NCBI GenBank assembly: GCA_030704615.1
Contig: CM060732.1
Coordinates: 6,882,001 to 6,946,000 of the forward strand
Length of the DNA: 64,000 nucleotides
Direction of reading: 5' to 3'
Source of the DNA: Takakia lepidozioides
Lineage: Eukaryota; Plantae; Bryophyta
Below are positions 60,494 through 64,000 of this stretch, one piece after another. Each line of letters begins with the position of its first letter. The first letter of the stretch is position 1. The notes beneath the pieces are model-generated. The model did no database searches. It was given only the letters and a program-made list of their open reading frames with translations, and was not told the DNA's origin. The translations under genes were made by a program, and so were the position numbers.

Positions 60494-63169
60494 CTCTCGG
60501 ATGCATTCCAGATCGACAGCCACCGTGTCTGCCATTTCCGATCCAATGTCAGGAGCTGGAAGAGAGTGGCTATTGCTAGGAAGGAACTTCAGTGCATTGA
60601 AACCTCACCTTCTCTTTCGCCTCCACACATGCCGTTGAGAGGTGATGCAGTTTCTCCAATTGCATGGTCGGCTGCATGGCCCGAGAATAGTGTTTTGCAA
60701 TCTTGGGGATGAAGTCCTTTCCAAGTGCCGGATCTGCAATTGCCACCAGCTTCACAAGCTTTGACTTGTATTTGGTTCTGGACTTGACACCGGCTTCCTT
60801 CAAGTGCTCAGTCAATGATTGCAACGTTTTCACCTGCCCCTCACTTTCCATGAAGAAGCGTTTGGCATGGGCCAAATCCAGCTTGATGTTTGACTGCCAA
60901 CAAAAACATGCAGAAGCGTTACATTCGATTCATGTGGAAAGATTACTGGAAATTGGGGAAGGATGAGCAGAGGGAAATTGGAGGACGACTTACTTCGTAT
61001 ATCACCTCCACCATTCCATCCATAGTGAGACGATACCATGTCTGGTCTGTTTTTGCAACGGCTTTCTGAATGAGCTCGGGCTCCAGCATTTCCGCAAACA
61101 TCTGCGGATCAGTGAGACCAGTTTTCCTCACCCTGTACAGCATATGTGCCATGTGGGTATGCACGTACGCATTCTCAGTGACCCTGCAAGGCACACTCTC
61201 CAGTTCAGTACACGAAAGCACGGAAACAAACCAGAATGGAAACCGAAATGCAGCACCGCATTTCGAACGTGCTAGGGAGGGTATGAGTATCTTACGAGTT
61301 GAGGTCCGCCATGGCATTCTTGAGCAGGGAGGAGTCTGCCGCCTTCACCTTGAGGATGACACACTCCACCATGTAATGCCAGCCAATGTGCTTGGCATGG
61401 TTCTGCTTGATGTACTCCCACCAGGCAAGAAGTCGGTGATTTCCGTCCCACACAAAAAACATTTTACCCGACATATGGCCGAAGTCTGGATCACCCTTCA
61501 GCGTCGCCTCGAATTCGTCGTTGCGAGTGTGCCAGTGGGTATCCCCACATTGACAATTCATTGGCAGTGGGTCCACGAGTTTCGCCGTCCTCATTCTCAA
61601 TGGAAACGTAAAACGCTGCCGATCCCAGACGGTACCCTTCTCGAAATGCGAACTTGAGCTTATCCACATCTCCGGGAAGGGCCTGTCTGACGATGGGAAG
61701 GGAGACCATGCGACAGAGTGGGATTCGAAGAGTTTGCTGGAATACCCTGCTGCCCAGAACTCTGCCAATGCTACTGTGTGTCTCCTCCAACATTTTATCC
61801 GCTGCACTTTTGAAATCCTCCGGAGACATGTCTGTAGGTGCCGGTAGTGGCTGAGCAGCTGGAGCATCCTCAACTGGAGCTGCACTCTGGGGCCTGTCTG
61901 CGGGCAATTCTGCCATTGCAGAGGCCTCCTCCGGGCCTGCTTGCTCATCAGTGGTGAGGTCTTGCTGCGAACGTTGAGCGGCAGCACCCTCCTCCGGTAC
62001 CAAATCGAGATCAACGGTCGATCCCATTGCCTTCGCTGCAGCAGAGTCGGCCCCAACATCTGCAGGCGGGAAATCCTCCAGGAACTGAGCTTCAGCTCGT
62101 GGAAGCGGTTTTGCGGGAGATTGTTCGGCCGTCGCCCTGATTGCCTTCTGCTTCCTCATCCTTGCAGGTGAAGGTGTCTGCTGCAATTGAATCTGTCTTT
62201 TACCCTGCTGCTTCATTCGCGTTGGGGGGGGTGAATCGGCCTGAGCCGATTCAGAAGCCAGTAGAGGGACGGGCTGCTTCTTCTTCGACTTTGCTGGAGA
62301 AGGGCCCGACCCTTGCTGGCGATTCTCCATGACCGAAGAACGCGAGTCGATCTCTGGGGCTTTGAACTTGCCCTTCGAAGCCGCGTCTTTGAATCGCACA
62401 GGGCTAGGCCTGGCAGGAATACCCGTGCTCGGGGATCGGGTGGGTGTACGTGCTGCAGCTAGCTCTTCGGACTCTTCCTTCGGCTCTTCGGATTCCTGCG
62501 ATCCCTCCAGCACGTCCACCTTTCCTATTAGGCATGCAAATATGTTCTGTATTCAAGTCTCCTAGGATTCAGTCTAAGAATTACAGAAGCAAAATGGGGG
62601 GTTCGGTGCTCGATCAGCTGCGCGCAGCCCGATCGCATGGAGCTCTCACTGGTGGCTGGGTTGCCTGAGTGGCCTGCTGCTCGGAGATGGCAATCTCCTC
62701 CTGTAGACGCATCTGCTTCCTCCCCTTTGGCATTGGCCTACGTCCGAAGTATAATTTCCGGAGCTTGCGACGAGGTCTCCTGTCTGGTGCACGAACTCCC
62801 CCCCTCTCAGGTTCGAGCATAAGAAGAACAGAGAGAGGGAAAAGGGGCAAAGAGTGCAGATGGAAAGGGCGCGAGAGGGGTGACTGAGGAGACACGACAA
62901 AAGTAGATGAAACGGCGGTGATGCACCACTTGGGTTCGAAAGGGTTGGACGAAAGTGTCTCCTCGTGGAGTTTGCATCATTACAAAATTCGAATCGTTCA
63001 GGGTACGCCTGCCGTCCGAAAAAAAAACATCATTATCCAACGGTCAGGCCGCGCCGCCTCATGCCCCTTCAGTCAGATAGAGTGTCGACATGTGCAGCAA
63101 TTCCGTTGCTCCACGTGTTCACATTTCAAGGCATTTCCGTCCCAGCGTCTGATGAGTTGGAGTGAAAAT

Positions 63170-64000
63170 GCGAATGCGGCGCCGCATTTCCGTTAAGTAC
63201 CATCACGAAGCTACACATCCGTACTTGTTGGAAGAAAATGCGGCACCGCATTTCCGTTCCACCTTCACATACCTTAGTTGTTGAACGGAAATATGGTGCC
63301 GCATTTCCGTCCCACAGCTCCATGTATGAGATACAAAAAGGAAATGCAGCGCCGCATTTCCGTTCTGGAATGTCGAAAGGTGCGATTCGGACGGAAATGA
63401 GGCACAACATTTCAGTTCCCGTGGTTCATGATTTTCAATGTGAACGGAAATGCGGTACCGCATTTCCGTTCCCCCTTCACATACGTTAGCTGATGAATGG
63501 AAATGCCGTGCCACATTTCCGTTCGGGAAAGTATAGAGGTCTCACCTGGACAGAAATGCGGTGCCGCATTTCCGGTCTGGAAAGTTTGAAGGTCTCACAT
63601 GGATGGAAATGCGGCACCACATTTCCGTACCACAGCTCCAGGCCCCATATACAAAACGGAAATGCGGCGCCGCATTTCCGTTCTAGAATGTCAGAAGGTG
63701 CGACTCGGACGGAAATGCGGTGCCGCATTTCTGTTCCCGTTGCGCACGATTTTCAGTCAGAACGGAAATGCGGTACCGCATTTCCGTTCTATAGAGTATT
63801 AACGTCTGACGCTGGCGGAAATGCTGTGCCGCATTTCCGTTCTGACTGAAAATCGTGAACCATCGGAACTGAAATGCGGCAGCGCATTTCCATCCGAGTC
63901 GCACCTCCCAACATTCCAGAACGGAAATGCGGTACCGCATTTCGGTTCCGATGTTTCAGGATATTTCATTAGAACGGAAATGCGGTGCCGCATTTCCGTT
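63170..64000. repeat. Palindrome array of B'
   Basis: GGAAATGCGGNNCCGCATTTCC copies; spans the site that is broken in B. Confidence 0.92.

Larger units (their letters stand above)
50642..62820 (-). pseudogene. ParB-MTase fusion gene of B', disrupted by the chromovirus
   Basis: ORF 51461-52981 holds the MTase-like part in one frame; WDGNHR at ~61433-61450; the exon 'IWNASE|SIRTMW' is split by the insertion. Confidence 0.8.
48242..64000. mobile_element. MULE element B' (continues beyond the window; hosts the chromovirus)
   Basis: Left TIR GGGGGCTGCTATTTCATGAGCC; near-identical to 33874-42474. Confidence 0.92.

Noticed and set aside
33874-64000. B/B' as an assembly duplication artefact
   Set aside because: The copies differ by many substitutions, indels, repeat number and a retrotransposon, and the junction carries a precise TIR plus a 9-bp TSD.

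Overview
Eukaryotic, plant-type transposon nest. The host is probably a non-seed land plant, but that is inference only. No host genes, RNA genes or CRISPR arrays were recognised. The window is dominated by four copies, in three diverged subfamilies, of a large Mutator-like (MULE) DNA transposon: A <1-11438; C ~12620-20028; B 33874-48241; B' 48242->64000. The family has short imperfect TIRs (GGGGGCTGCTATTTCATGAGC / GAGGTTT[G/A]CTATTTCATGAGC) and a 9-bp target duplication. It carries up to three genes: (i) a GCM/WRKY-like + DDE + SWIM transposase; (ii) a divergently transcribed, intron-containing gene fusing a ParB/Srx-like domain (WDGNHR) to a beta-class N6A/N4C DNA-methyltransferase-like domain with an altered motif IV (DIPD); (iii) a small orphan gene. 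Each subfamily is studded with its own long GGCGCC-centred palindrome, in arrays and inside introns. This combination is the main candidate for an undescribed system. The right arm of B is inverted and bracketed by an inverted 9-bp TSD. Also present: a degenerate non-chromovirus Ty3/gypsy (20029-33873) containing a 2.1-kb TG..CA insertion with a 3-bp TSD and a small inversion, and a young full-length chromovirus (53523-60493) inserted in an exon of the B' ParB-MTase gene. All domain calls are by eye from motifs; no searches were run.
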